A DNA stretch of 64,000 nucleotides from Acanthaster planci (taxonomy: Eukaryota), in contig NW_019091356.1 in NCBI RefSeq assembly GCF_001949145.1, positions 3,132,713 through 3,196,712 on the forward strand, in the 5' to 3' direction. The notes under the pieces were generated by a model that was not told the DNA's origin, did no database searches, and saw nothing but the letters and a program-made list of their open reading frames with translations. The translations under genes were made by a program, and so were the position numbers. Every line of letters begins with the position of its first letter. Within the stretch, counting starts at the first letter, position 1. Below are positions 50,106 through 64,000 of this stretch, piece by piece.

Positions 50106-53100
50106 CCAGCTCCGACTTCCTAGCATGAACCATGCAAGCAATGAGAGGGCTGTGTTGCCCGGGCAACAAGAGCACATGGAGAGCCCTATTTGGGAAGTCT
50201 GTATGCTCATACCAGGGAAAGCCAGTTTCTTTTTTTTCCATCGGTTCCCTGCCCCACTTTTATATTTTCGATATTTGCAAGGAAAGTGTGGGAACCAACT
50301 AGAAAATTACCTCACTGGTTTCCATGTGCTGTTACCGCACATTAAGAATCAATGCATACCAGGAAAGCATCCTGCATTACGAAGTTGTGGCAAACATGCT
50401 CACAGCCAATTAGGTGCATGTATTTGTTCATGAATTGTTTATAAAGCCGTAATATATCATTATTTTATGCTTGCAATAGTGGTTAACGTAAGCCTCATCG
50501 AAACTCACTGTATACCACATATGTGAAGGTTTTTCCTTATTTCCAAATTTGGAGGGAAGTGCGGAGGCGTTGACAAGGGGCCGGACGAGCTTGTGATCAT
50601 AAGGCTAAGTACTGATGACATCACATTTTATTTACCTGTGCACTTTCCTACAGAGCAGGTGGTGGTGGGGCCCATGGTCTACTGTGCACCATTGGAAAGC
50701 ACACACATAAACACAGTGCGTTATTATTAATACAGAGCTCTATGATGCTAATTGTTCCTTCCGCTCATGCAGCCTATATACAGTGTGCAGGCGTGTAGGC
50801 TTTGTTAGATCAGTACTTTGTGGGGGGGGGTATCTTAATGATGTTATCATCTTGAGGAGTTGATCTCCAACGATTGATTGAAATGCTGGATGAACTCCGT
50901 ATGTGGTCTGAACTGCTACAAAGTCATCGGGCATAAAGTCACAACCGGGAAGAGAACCCGCTAGTTTCCCAGTCTCGACCAGTGCTATGTAGTGTGGGCT
51001 GCAGTTGGGGGCGATGTTAAGGATTGGGGGGGGGTCTGGGATGCCACTCCCCTCTCCCCTACTTTTTAACTTTGGGGTAATGGCCCCCCTCCCACATTTG
51101 GCTGGTTCTTATGACGGTCTCATAAATGGCCTCTCCATCCCCCCCACCCTATGGAAGATCATTCTGCCGCTATTGGTCAGTCGATCTCCAGTTCTGATCC
51201 CTCTTGTTTCCGCTGTGCCTTTCTGTAAAATCTGATCTGATATTCTTTGATCAGCCAATAGAGGCCATTATTTTCTAATATGAATATGCACAATTGTTGT
51301 ATGCACATAGATTTAACTTCTATCAACAAGGGCATGGATTTGTGCCAAATTATCCAGTTTCCTTAAACTAGCCTAAAAGTGAAATTACAAAGATGCTGTT
51401 AACAGGAGATTAGGGCTGGATGTGTCCTCAAACTAGGAGTGCTACTTATTTTTTGTTGCATATCACATACTGGCCAGACGTACGTTTAGGTGGTTCCATT
51501 TTTGCATTACTTCCTACGTTTCTATATTCTTGACTGTTAATGTTCTCACGTGGAGGCATTGTAGCTACATATAAAGTACGAACCCAGAAGTTTGGGACAA
51601 CTTTTACAAAACTCTGCAAAAGTCTGCAAAATTGGCCGTGTTCATGTGTCGGCCATCTTGATTTGAAAGTGAGGTAAAGCTTTTCAATTCAAGTACAAAT
51701 TAATCCCAGTTGTTTGTGCTGAATAATTTAAAATGCGTGATAAACTGTGTCTAAATGTTTTAAGCCGCATTTAAAAAAAAAATGAAAGTGAGGTTTGGAA
51801 CTCAAAATAGTCGGGCACCACTCCATTTAACAGATTCCATTGAATATGATAGATTCAGGGAACAAGATGTTTAAAAATGGCCTCCCCACGAGTAAGGTCC
51901 ATTACAATAACATCGCACAGTCTTAGGATAGTAGAAAGAAACTAGTGCACAGAAGTTGAGAGTAACTGGAGAAATAAATGAAGTAGGCAGAGGAAAGGGG
52001 AGGAGTGAAGGATTATTAGCATGAAGGATAGTACTAGCCCCTCCCCTTGAAAATAATGCAAATATATGGTGATTTTGTTGGTGCGTACTATGGAACATTA
52101 CTATGTCACCGAGACAACATGGAATGATGTGCCCGTATAGTAATAGCAGGTGAAAATTGAGAGCTCTGATCAATATTGAATTTCATTATTTCACAAGGTA
52201 CATTTTATTCATTGGGTACACATGACAGCAGTTGGGAATATTTATGGTGAGAAATTCACCACTTTTACTATCATGTTGGCTATTGTTGCATTAACAGATA
52301 CCTACCAAAGGAAGGTTTCCTAGTAAAATTTAAAAAAATACGATAATTTGAATATTTTGACAGCTTTTTCGCTAGAAAACAAAAATGCAAACCAGTAATT
52401 TTAGTTCCAGAAGTCACTTTGTTGTATGAAATTGATGAATAAATCAAGAGACTTGTTTTGTAATTTAACTTTCGAAGAAATGCGAAATGTTTCATTTTAA
52501 TTCAGTTTAATTTATTTAAGAGGTTATTTTGCGTTGTTTGTCTTGTCCCCCCCCCTGTCAGTCAATCTTTTCTTTTCCGAGGTGGGGTTGCCCAGTGAAA
52601 GAACTCATTATAAATGCAAATAAACCTTTCAGTACGAAAGTGTATACACGCGTAATAGGAAATATTTTAGAAAAAGCATGAAAGCAACAGCATTGACCTG
52701 ATACGAAAAGCTAGGAACTTGTTTAAAAAGGGAAGGGTTGCGCATAAAGATACACTTTTTTGTAATATGTAAGGTTTTTAATTTGGAGGTATGGTTTGGA
52801 CCGATTGTGCTTACACCTCTGGTGCTTGTGAGAAGGAAGGCAAAGGGCCACGTTTCTTAATATGTGGCGAAGATTGGATTTATTCCAGAGAATTAGTTGA
52901 CTGGAATTGACTGTCCAAGGAATGTCACTCATTCCAATTTTCATTCATAATTTCTTTCTGCACGATGTGTAAGAGAACTTTGCTCACGTTCATGTACATG
53001 TATGTTTTGATTGAACGTGGACAACGAGATTGACCAAGTTATGAGTGCATTTTTTTCTATCTTATCAGGCACTTCGAATACTTGGTCAACGTTGCGTTTC

Positions 53101-53189
53101 AGAATTTCCAAAATGCACAGCAAATCCTTCAATTCAGTGAATTAAAATGCTAGGTATTTGAGTGCGGTATTAGTGTGATTCAGAATGAA

Positions 53190-53330
53190 CCATCTGATTG
53201 GTCAGTCTGCTGAGTGAGCGGCTTACCTGCTTTGCATTAGCCAATCAACGAACACAGAATCTGCGCGACACGCATTCAGCTGCCAATCAAAATCACGTGG
53301 TGTGAACACGTGGGCAGGGCGAAAAATTTG
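53190..53330 (+). promoter_or_regulatory. IGF2BP proximal promoter candidate
   Basis: Three CCAAT/ATTGG boxes (~53197, 53241, 53283) and two CACGTG E-boxes (~53294, 53306) within about 310 bp upstream of the ATG. Confidence 0.5.
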
Positions 53331-53506
53331 TGGTATTTGTGCGTACCGAGCGCGTACAGGCGGTCTCTCTTTCATACAGTCACAAACCCAACACACAGGT
53401 AGCCGAGCAGTTTGGCTCTTTGGCCACTTATTCCTCCCCCAAACCGGCGACAATCTCACCCAAAATTTCACCAGGCTTGTAAATTCAACCCTCAACAACA
53501 ACCACA

Positions 53507-56500
53507 ATGAATAAAATCTACTGCGGAAACCTGAGTGAGGACGTAACTGAGGATGCCCTGCGCGATCTCTTCGAGGAAAATGGCATTCCCGTCTCCAGCA
53601 TGGTGGTGAAGCGCAGCGCCAACCCGAACAGCAACGCCAGCCCCTTCGCTTTTGTGGATGTTGAGAACGAAGAAATGGCCCAACTTGCCATCGATAAGCT
53701 CAACGGTCAGTTATGTTTGTGACAGCATGTTAACATTTCATATATTTGGCATGAGTTTAGTGTCGGGAGACGCCGTCTTTGGCGTAAATTTGACGACGAT
53801 ATTGCACGAAAAGTACCCAAATGTTGTGTGGGTTGGGATGAAGTCGCCATGTTGAAATGACGTGCACCATATGCACGCCATGTGTTGGACAGTGTGCTGA
53901 GCACGCAACACAATACACCCTGTGCTGTACATGTACACGGTAGGCACTACATGAATGGTGGTCACTCGGTTGGGCGGTGTAACGTCCACGTGGTGGGTGT
54001 CATGCCATTTAGCGTCAACTAAATATTCTGGCATTTTTATCCAAATATTTCATATTTACAATATAAATAAGGTGCCTAGGCCTACATATCATATTCAACG
54101 TATCATAGGCCTTTTATCAAAAATAATATTTGAGGGTGGAAATCTGAGCATGGAGGAATTATCTGAGCGACCGGCTCGTGCAGCCTGACCGGCCGCCATC
54201 TTGTATTCGCGTGGACGGTAAAGAAAGATGGCGGCCTCCCTACATCACGAAAAAGTTTCGCTTTTCTGCCTGAATCTGGAAGCGAATTCGATATTTCTTT
54301 TACACAGTGACAGGTCTTAGAGTCTCTAACTTTAGATAAAACTACTTTTAAATTCTCAGAGGGTATTTTCAAGTTGTTGACGCTAGATAGCATGACCGCC
54401 ACGGGGTGCTGTGGGTTCGATAGTGTCTTTGTTGTATGTAGGTCAGGGACAGTAAGCCGCAAATTCAAAAAAATAATTCTAGAAGTTACTACGAGTGAAA
54501 CTAAGAAAAGAGTTCCATATACGGACTCCGCTGGACACCTTGTGCACAAACCCTATGTGTGGCTGTAACTAGGAGACTGGTCAGAAAATTTTTTTCTAGG
54601 TAAACGACTTGGTTTTCTTCCTGAGTTGGACTTTTCTGGACTTGTTTTTGCTTTCTTTGTTGGCTAATAGGTCACTTCAGGGAATAATTACTGGTGTCCG
54701 CATATCACTGTATATGGAACTCTTCCTGATAATAGGAACACTTCAGAGGTTACGACCTGCATGAAGGAGTTGTACATATTTCTAATCTTCTGCATTATCA
54801 CATCTGGTTTCAGTTTTAGGGGGAAGATGCTGGATTTTCTCTGCAAGACGTAACCACTGTTTGATAGAAAAAGCACCTACATGTAGGCCTACATCTTTAA
54901 TCCCAAGATAAACTGAAACTAGCCTAGGCCTGTCCTACAAATTGCAGAAATACGTCTATCACTAATGTCATTTTTTTTCTGGAAAAGCATTTGAAATAGT
55001 TTTTTCAAGTGTTTCCTATCAATGCTGGAAATTTTTAGCCCCGGATCCTTGTCTTTTTGGTATTTCTGCAATGACTGACCTCTATTGAGATGATGGGCGT
55101 TCGTGATGAAAAAGTGGAGGCACGATGTTACATTCTTTGCAAAAGTAGTGAAAAGACAATGCATTGTTTGCCGTTTTCTGTTTACAGTACTTTGACACAT
55201 TTTAATAACCTAAACTAAATTTACCAGTCCAAAGTTATTAAAATGGAAAATGTCAAATATTGTTTACACTCGGACAGTATTCTTAGTTGCCCTATGTGAT
55301 TGCCAAACAAACTACATGTATGATGCAGCTGCGTCCATTCAGGAAAATTGTGGATGTAAACATTTTTTAAATGCCACTTGAATTTGGCCAAAGGTCAATG
55401 GACTCTTCACTTAATTGAAATGCATCAGCAAAGGTATTATAGTGGTTGTGATATTGGAAGTAATGTCTTTAACATAAAAAGATCATTGGATTATTTTCTT
55501 TATTTCAGACTATAACTTACTTGGATCAGTTATGGTGGTGGAGCAGTCTGTCCCCAAACGCGGCAGAGGCAACAGGTATGTCTAGACATAAACTCTGATT
55601 TGATCCTTATTCATGTAATTTCCCTTTTGGGAAGAGTCCCATGTATTGACGCCAGTATTTATTCCCTACAGTGACCTATTAGCCATCTGAAAGCAAAAAT
55701 ATGTCCAGAAACATTCAATTGAGGAGGGAAAAACCAAGTTGTTTACTTACAAAACACTTTTTTTAGATCAGTCCCATAGGTTTTGTGCATGGTGTCAAGT
55801 GGCGTCCGTACATGGAACTGTTTCCTGCATATTTCTACTCTAAGCACGCTGGGACAATGAAGGACTGTGGCAAAAACAACCGACAGTTGTGCACATTTTG
55901 CTTGAAATTTTTACCTAAAACTCATTTTCAAGTCATTTACAAGTCCCCCCAAATAATTCCATACAATGATATCCTCATTGTTTTGCCTCCGGCAGTGACA
56001 ACTGGGTTACCATAAAGCGATGGCCTGTCATTAAAAGTCAAATTCAGGGCATATATGCAAGTAGTAACTCTGTAGATACACGTACATAGAATTTTAGGCC
56101 AGTCTTACCGGGTTTTTGCACTGAATGTCATGATTTTCCAGGTAAGGAACTCTTTTCCACCTTTCTTAAGCCCTGTCCACACTGGACTTTATTTACTGAG
56201 GATTTTACCAAGCCGATGGGAAAATGAAAAATGGGCAAATTTTACCACCGTCCACACTTGGACTTTTGATGCGGGGATTTTTACTGAGACGCGTAGGAAA
56301 AGTAACCAAGCTGTCACTATAATGGCACATGAGGGCGCTTTGCGTGACCTTTCGTGTTCGCCCTTTGACCCAAGTACGCGCGCACCTTTTACAAACTTCC
56401 GGTTATGACAGTTCTTCCAATGATACATTGGTGGCCCCAATTAACCTTCTGATTGCTTCAGTAAAAATATCTGCCATCATTCGAGAGACTCAAGAACACG

Positions 56501-59500
56501 AAATGACTGCAAAGCAACCAGAAATAAGCTTCGCAGTGTGTACGTGTATATACATCACGTGGACGCTTGCAACGTACATGCGCGGGGCTCGTGTAAGCCT
56601 GACCTTGCCAGTAAACTGGATGTACGCTTCCCTGAGCCGCTTTTACCGACTTGCACTCTCCACTCTGGACTTTCTGTCTAGGGAAAAGTGTCTCGGGAAT
56701 TCTTCCTGGCCAGAAGTTGGCCGGTAAAAATTCCCGCGCGGCTCGGGAAAAGTAACTGAGAGGAAGTCTTCCAGTGCGAACAGGGTTTTATTGTTGAGAA
56801 AGAATGAGTCAGTTTGAGTTGTTGAATATTCAAATCTTCAACCTTGCAGTTGCTCACCACACATTTAAATATATTCGCTTATATCAAATTCCTACCTTAG
56901 CAGAAACAAAACATGTATCTTTATTGTGAAGAGTTAAAAAAAAAACCTTATTGGCCAATATCTGCCATTCTGCCTGGAGCAGAAGTGCCCCCCATCAATT
57001 GAAAAAGCATGTTCATTTCGTTGGTAGCCATGTGACCATAATGCATGCATTTCCTAGTCATCTGTGAACCAGTGAAGTTCATTTTGAAGCCCACTGGCAG
57101 TCATGTGCATTTAGCTGCCATTAACTTGTATCTTGAAATATGCTTTAGAATTCAATTTTGCATCCAAATAAATTAATTTTTTCCTTTCTGTTGTATTGTT
57201 TTTCACCTTGAATAATCGTTTTCAGAAATATTTGAATAAGCGGCACAGCCCTACTGAGAAAAATCTTGTTCTGAAGTGAACCATTTTCATACTCTCTGTA
57301 CAGATTCGACATGAGTAAAATCTCATGAAAAAGTAGCTGAGCTTAGTTTGGAATCCAACGAGGAAAACTTGCTCCCTTAATTACATTGCCAAGGTCCCAC
57401 TTTTCCCTCTGAAGGCCACAGATTTCTCAAACTACTGTTGCAGTACAGTCTTGAATATTAACAGAGAAAAACCTCCCTTATCATTGTGTGTGAGTGGTTT
57501 TCTACATGAACCAAGATCGTGTGGCCCCTGTCATTTCTGTATATGTAACGGGTTAACAGCAGTGATCCGTAACAGGCAGAAAAAGTCTCCACAGCATTGT
57601 GGCCTTGTGTTTGCAAGGGTCTGTGTGCTCTGAGGTAGTGTGTGAACAGTGGCTAGACACACTGGTATGTCACCCTTATCACCCGGTGTGTCTGGAGGCT
57701 GGGGATTGTTTGATAATGGGATGCCAATTGTGCTGTTGGTGGGCAGGTTCCTGTAGGCTTGAATGTATTTAGTGAGTCTTGGCGAATGTCTTTCATTTCG
57801 TATGATTGTGAGAATAGTTGGAACAACTGTCCCCACTCACGCCAAAAACCTTCAGAATTTTTTTTTTCTGTTTTCTTCCCAGCATTCGCTATCTTGAAGC
57901 AGTTTAGTCTAGACAGGATGTCATTTTTATTACCAGAGATCACAACTCATTTGTCTTGTGAACATGCCCGTTAAAATCACATCGTGGTGGCTCGCTAATG
58001 GGGTGTTCGGTCAGCTTGACCTTAAATGAAGTATTTTGTATTTTGAACTGAATGAAATAAAGCTTTTTTGTAAGAAGATAGGCTCATGAGAGTTCCTAGA
58101 TGTACATAAAGTTACACTTATTACACTGTACTGTGTACATGCACATTTACAATTTATGTGGCCTATGCTTACAGACTGGGGAAAAATGCTGGGCTTGCAG
58201 TAATAAGGTTTGTACTAAGATTTGGTTGAAGGTCCCAGTGACTGGTCTGCCAGCACTTCAGCTGGTGGGGGAGGGGGGTCGCTGTGTCAAAAGGAGGTCG
58301 AAAGTGGGAGTGGCAAGTTCAAATGCGGTGGATCATGGGGGACACATTAAAGGGGCAGTGGAAGTGGCTGTTATTTCCAAGCCTGCCGTGATGTTCACTA
58401 CACGATGCTCAGTTGTTGGTGGTGTACCTTAATAACGGTGCCAAATGATATTACTAACAGCCATGATTTTTTCGCCATAGAGGTAATTGTATTCTTGATT
58501 TGTGTTGCAGTGTGTATTCAAGTAAGTCCCAAGTAGGGTGTAAGTGGAGCGTTCTCTTGTGGTTAAAGCGAAACAAGGTCGAGCTGTGTAGATTGGATGG
58601 ATGGAGAATACCAGGAGATTCCATGTTGAATAGAATGGCAAAAAGATTGCTTTCAAAGGACGTTGAAATCTGCATTGGCCTTTGTTGGTTTAGTGGAAAG
58701 AGTGTATGAATGCACTTGCGGCTAGTCTGTTTTGTGGATGGCTTTAAATGATGTTTTTACAATAATTTGGATTCCATTAAGTTTAACTACCCTCTCCATG
58801 TGGAGCCGTCTGTCCTTGATTCCATGTGAAAGTAATTTCATACCTCTGGGCTCCAGTGGGGGGGGGGGGAAATGCACCTTCAGCGTTTTGGACACTAGAA
58901 TAAACCTTCTTGAGAAATTAATACCTAAGGGATAAAAAAAATGGGTTGGATTGATTTCCTTCAGTGACTCTTATTATCCTAGAACATAAACCTTTGGTTG
59001 TCCCACTGGGAGTCTGGCAAGGCTGACGACTCCAGTGGCATTCATAGGGGGGGATTGAATAGATTACCTGTGCATTTTTGGAGGTTAAATTCATTTGAAA
59101 TCTATTCATGATATCACAGATTTTTATGATGAAATAGAACTACAGTGGATACATCAACCCTAACTCTCTACCCCATGTTTCCAGTAAATAATCTGAATCC
59201 GGCAGAATCCTCCAAATTCTGAAGTGTTACAAGTCCCATGTGACCTGAATCCTGCAAAAGTGTGGAATGAAAGGTACCGGGCACAACAGCCTGAATCCTC
59301 CAAAATCCTCCAGTGTGCTACAGATTACCATGTCTGGCTAGGGCACTTCCATTATTACTTGTACTGAGAATAATAAAGTCATAGTGCCACACAATCTATG
59401 GTACATTGCCTTATCTATTGGATTTTATGACTCCAGAGAACAAGGTCGTGTACTCCTACAAACAGCAGCGCTGTGTGCTATATTTTACTACAAAGTAGTA

Positions 59501-62500
59501 AGGGTTAAAGTACACATAACAAATAACCTGAATCCTCCAAAATCATTACAAGTGTGTGACAACCTGAATCCTCCATATTCCTCCAGAGAATGACATGGCG
59601 TATGCCCTCAATCCTTCAAAATCCTCCCATGCATTGATTCTCAAGTTGGCTGTGAGGATTTATGGAAGATTTGGGATGGTCAGGGTAACCACTGGTCAGT
59701 TACACAGTCATACTTTTTGGTATCTTTGTTATGAGATCACAGCTTAGTGCTATCATGAGGCATCTCGTGCAATTGGGAAAACCTTTATTGGCTACAAAGT
59801 TGATGGTGTCACCTGTTTTTGTCTGCAGCTTTGTCGTAAGGATAAAGCGTACAGTAGGTACATATATGGTGTTTGTTTGGCAAGGAAATACCACTGTACA
59901 TGTATACATGTACAAGCATGCCTCTTACTCCTCATACATACATTTGGTTTTAATAGCTACAACTTTTCCTTGTCAAGGTGAGCAGTAACCTGAAAGTGTC
60001 TTACCTTTGAACAACTTGTAGGCCCTATACACCGCATGTGCCAGCAGTTGCTGTAAAGTTTCACAAACCCAATGAATGTTATATAATCTACTTCATCATT
60101 TTCCGTCATAGGAAATGTTCATTACACAGGGTTTTGGTTTGTGGTTAGCTCAGTGGTGAGCCTCCATTTGCGCGTCCAATCATTTCATATCAAAACTGAA
60201 ACAAAGTTGTGTCATAAACTCGTGAGGTTCAACTAACTGGAAAACAAAAGAGCTTTAGCATCTGCTGACCTGTGAATTACATTACTTTTTTTTTAATAAA
60301 ATGTGCATTGAAATTATGTCATTAAGAATTCTGGACATCCATTTAAGAGCATACACGCCAAGTTTGTTTCGTGTTTAGGTTGAACCCTTAAAACACTACA
60401 GGTGTTAGTCGCACAGTGTACCCAGGGGACTCAAAGTCTGGCTGTTGTAAATGGTGGACATTAAATGCTGTATTGTAGGTCTTGCTATAGTTTGGAAGAG
60501 TATGTGGAAAAAAGTGGGCCATAGGATAGATACTATACGAGTGACCGCCACATACGTGTGTGTCATTTGCATCACGTAATGAATGAGTCTCTAGCGTTGA
60601 TGAATTGGGTAATGTTTTAAATTTTGTTCCACGGGAGTGTCAGTATTCACTTAAGTTCATTCAGCCATAAAATAAGCGTTGTGTGGCAGCTCCGGGGATT
60701 GATGCCTTCTGGCACTACTTGTTCATTCCTGTCATGCACACCAGCATGCAGACTGGGTTTTCTTCTGGACAAATTTAGAAACTGGACGGCCAAGTTGTTA
60801 CTATTTGAGGTTTGATATCCAATAAAGCTGTGCCTGTAAGCCATTTGCGAGTTCAAGTTGGCTAAAATCTGGTGCTGTGAGTTCTTTAAATTCCCATGAA
60901 CATAATTTGAACTCTCCAGACTAAAAACACTGTTGCTATACCTCATGATTTGGGGCAAGCTTTTGCTTAGTTACATAAGAGACGCCTTACAACAATGCAC
61001 TGTTCTCAATAAATAAGAGCACAAAGGAATCAGTCCGCTCCAGTGATTGTGGTCACTGTGCAAAAGCTTTACCCGGAATCACGAGGTATAGCAACAGCGT
61101 CTTTAGTCTGGGGAAACCAAATTGTTGCATTTATTTATATGCAATGAGATAACACAGTGTACCAGGTTTTATTCAAATTTTACTCACAATTGCTTGTTGC
61201 TTTACTATGTTTTTTTTCAATTTTGGGAAAATGATGAAGCCCCTTCCATTTAAATAAATTCCACTGGCACTAGGCCCAACCCTAATTCCCTAGGGAGATT
61301 TACTAGCAACCTTCCACATCCTTTCAACACTCAACACCACATAGGGTAGAACCTCATTAGTAAAAGGTCCTTCAGACTTTGCAAAATACCCTGTTATGAC
61401 AGGAACCTTATATTATCGGGAATGAAACCAATGAAAAATATAGGACTGGGACCTAAAAATGTCCTTGTTGTAAGCAGAATCTTGTGTTAACAGTGCTTGT
61501 TATTAATAAGGAGGTTCTGCTGGAGTAAACTGCACATAAAAAGTAGGGGTTCTGTTTATTTTGATTCCTAATCCCACATGAGCACAGCTAGTACACCAGT
61601 GCATTACTCGACCTAACAGATTCCAACCAACCCTGGTGTTGGAGTTTGGCTGGTTTGGAATCACTAGGGTTAGATATGTAAACGACTGCTGTGGTCTATT
61701 AACATTGACCTGATGAGCCAATCAGATTTGGTCATTAACTTTGAGTGTTCTGGCTATTGCAATCTTGGGTGCAAGGTCCCATTTTGTGGGCCTTCTGTTG
61801 AGTCTGGACGGTAACTTGTAGTGAAAACATCCATCAGTGGCTGATGAAAAGAAAGCACTCAAAGAGCCAGTATGATCTGGGGGAGCTTCCTATCAATAAC
61901 CCGGCATTTTCAGTGCCGCAGCATAAAACTCTAACCCACTGTCCAGTTTCAGAACTTGTATGTAACAGGAACTGGCATCGCTAACCCACTTCTACACATG
62001 TTACGAATTTGAAGTACCCGACGTCAACTCTTTATGAATTTTCCTTTTTAAATATTCCAGGAGCCGTTCCACCAACATTCAGGTGCACAATATCCCCCTG
62101 AGCACTCCAGTGCAGGAAGTCCAGGACCTGCTGAAGACATTTGGCGATGTCTCCTCCTGCGAAAAAGGTGCGGTCGCCGACCTAGAACATTGCACTTCCA
62201 AATCTCAGGATTTTTTAAGAGATGGTGGGGATCTGCGGCTTAAAGCTTCCGGGTGTTAATCTCTCGTCACTGCTTCTGTGTGTTTGCGTTTGCAGGCAAG
62301 GAGGGTGCCAACGGTTACAGTGTGAATGCTACCTATGCAGCTGTGGAGCAGGCCCAGCAGGCCATAAAGCAGCTCAACAACTATGAATTCAATAACTCGC
62401 AGCTCAAGGTGAGAATTCTCACGCCATCCGGGCTTTTGAAAAAAGTGCAATCCGGCTTTGTCAATGGGAGTGCTTCGGTCACATAACCGTTCACTGCACG

Positions 62501-62709
62501 CTGAATCATTCTTGGGTGTTCCTGAACTGACGCACATATGCTGTAGAATGTGTGTGTTTTTTTTTTTTTACTGATGAATCCTCCTTGTTGAAGTGGAACC
62601 TGTCTTTTTTTGCTTGCCAGGTGAACTATAAGAATTCTGGGTCTCGCCAGAGCAATCGGTACAATCGCAATCCCAACCGCAACCAGGGCAATGCCGTGTT
62701 CCCTGTCAG
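53507..62709 (+). CDS. IGF2BP: IGF2 mRNA-binding protein (IMP/VICKZ), 5' part: RRM1, RRM2 and start of KH1; continues beyond the window
   Basis: Phase-compatible exons 53507-53705, 55509-55575, 62061-62167, 62296-62408, 62621-62709. MNKIYCGNLSE..FAFVD..AIDKLN, VEQSVPK, IQVHNIP, VNATY..QAIKQLNNYEFNNSQLKV and FPVR match the recalled IGF2BP N-terminus. Confidence 0.9.
56169..56788. mobile_element. ~620-bp non-autonomous DNA transposon (PIF/Harbinger-like TIRs)
   Basis: agccctgtccacactgga / tccagtgcgaacagggtt termini with TAA/TTA-type flanks; subterminal inverted similarity; no transposase ORF. Confidence 0.65.
60837..61198. mobile_element. Foldback/MITE family B, copy 2 (inverted relative to copy 1)
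   Basis: Shares ttgctatacctcatgatttggggcaagcttttgc, aatcacgaggtatagcaacag and cagtgtaccag..ttttattcaaattt with 8768-9139. Confidence 0.8.
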
Positions 62710-64000
62710 GTAAGCACTCTATGGCATATTCCATTGCACTGGCTAATTTGTTGTTGGTTTTCTTAGCTTGACAGTCCTGCTCGGGACTTTGTTCCCCTGA
62801 CACCCTCGGCCATCCAGTAATGATTGAAGCATTAACCCTAACAACCTAGGGCCTTATTACTAAGGCATATCCTCGTTCTTCCAAAATCCTCCAGTTTCTG
62901 GGCTTAGCACAAAATGAAGGATACTTGAAACCTCAATCCTGCAAAATCCTCCATGGCCCTACTTTGGTTTTTCTGTCTTGTTTTGTGTTTTTTGGGGGAG
63001 GGTTGGGCACATCAGGTTGGTTGCTGGGCTAAAGCCGGTTTTTTTGGTAAAGGGCTTTACTTTTATAATAAACAAAGCAGACATGTGCTTTTGTTTTAAC
63101 ACACCGCAGTTGAGGATTGTGTAAACCTCCATGCTTCAATCACTATTCATCCTCCGTCCTCCAAAATCCTCCAAAACCAGCCAGAGGATTTTGGAGGATT
63201 GAGGTGGGTTGGGGTTAAACAGTCAATTGCTGCATTTTGTGTCCACTGTCTCAAGGTACACTCGAAGAGTTTGAAATTTTATTCCAGAAGAAATTGGGTC
63301 AGTTAGACCAGATTGCATGTAAATTGTTTTTATACTCGTACCATACAAGATTTGATGTTTCTTTTAAATTAGATGCTTTGATGACATTGATCTGCACAAG
63401 CCCTTTTTGATTTGGAAAACGATTTGTTGCCTTAATTCAGTGCCGCCTGTTGAAAACTGAATTTTCTAATTCGTTGCAGAATCACTCGAATGAAGCAACT
63501 TGGTGAATTTTCGAAAAAGTACAAAAAATGTCAGATTTTGTAACCAGTCAACTACATAGTAATGTGTGGGTTTTTGAGTTCGTAAATGCCACAGAATAAA
63601 TGTTAATGCTCCTTCCCTGTGTCTGAAGGCTGGGCATGATAAGTTTTTACCCATGTGTGGGCAGCTGTTCTAGCACGATGTGATCCAGTAAACATTAAAC
63701 CCTACACCGCCTACAGATAGAAACCGCCCACATTCTTTGTATAAACAGTGTCTTCTTTCTTTTGTGTGGTCATTCCTAGTTGTTACACAAGATCAGTTTC
63801 GTAAGTCGATTGTATGCAGAGTGATACCTGTGCTGAATTCTGTGCTTGTGTAGGAGTCGATGTATCTTGGGAAGCGTTTTGTAAGATGTGCAGAAAGAGG
63901 TTTTTCCATGCAATATTCCCGCTGAGGTCGTATGTAACTTACTGCCTAGGTTTCGCTGTAAAAAAGCACCTGCAGTGCAGTTGTAGCCAAAGCCGCTCCT

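Noticed and set aside
60140..60175. tRNA A-box-like gttagctcagtggtgagc
   Set aside because: No B box or cloverleaf follows; at most a SINE remnant.

Overview
Intron-rich metazoan (invertebrate-type) genomic DNA with two N gaps; there is no prokaryotic operon or CRISPR content. Genes reconstructed by hand from GT-AG exons, in order: the last 8 exons of a DLEC1/CFAP81 orthologue (+); an unnamed 6-exon, ~588-aa coiled-coil protein with two clear and one probable death-fold domains (-), with a consensus NF-kB site upstream; a two-exon asparagine synthetase (ASNS) pseudogene fragment; BEL/Pao and CR1/L2-type retroelement remnants; two full-length 10-exon ASNS paralogues arranged tail-to-tail; a 27-exon USP40 (+); and the first 5 exons of IGF2BP/IMP (+). 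The - strand ASNS copy is canonical and has an ATF4-type TGATGAAAC element near its start. The + strand copy has altered synthetase motifs, a C-terminal frameshift and one exon that appears gene-converted. USP40 has an apparent 1-nt frameshift. Introns hold many palindromic MITE-like elements. All family assignments come from recalled motif similarity, not database searches.
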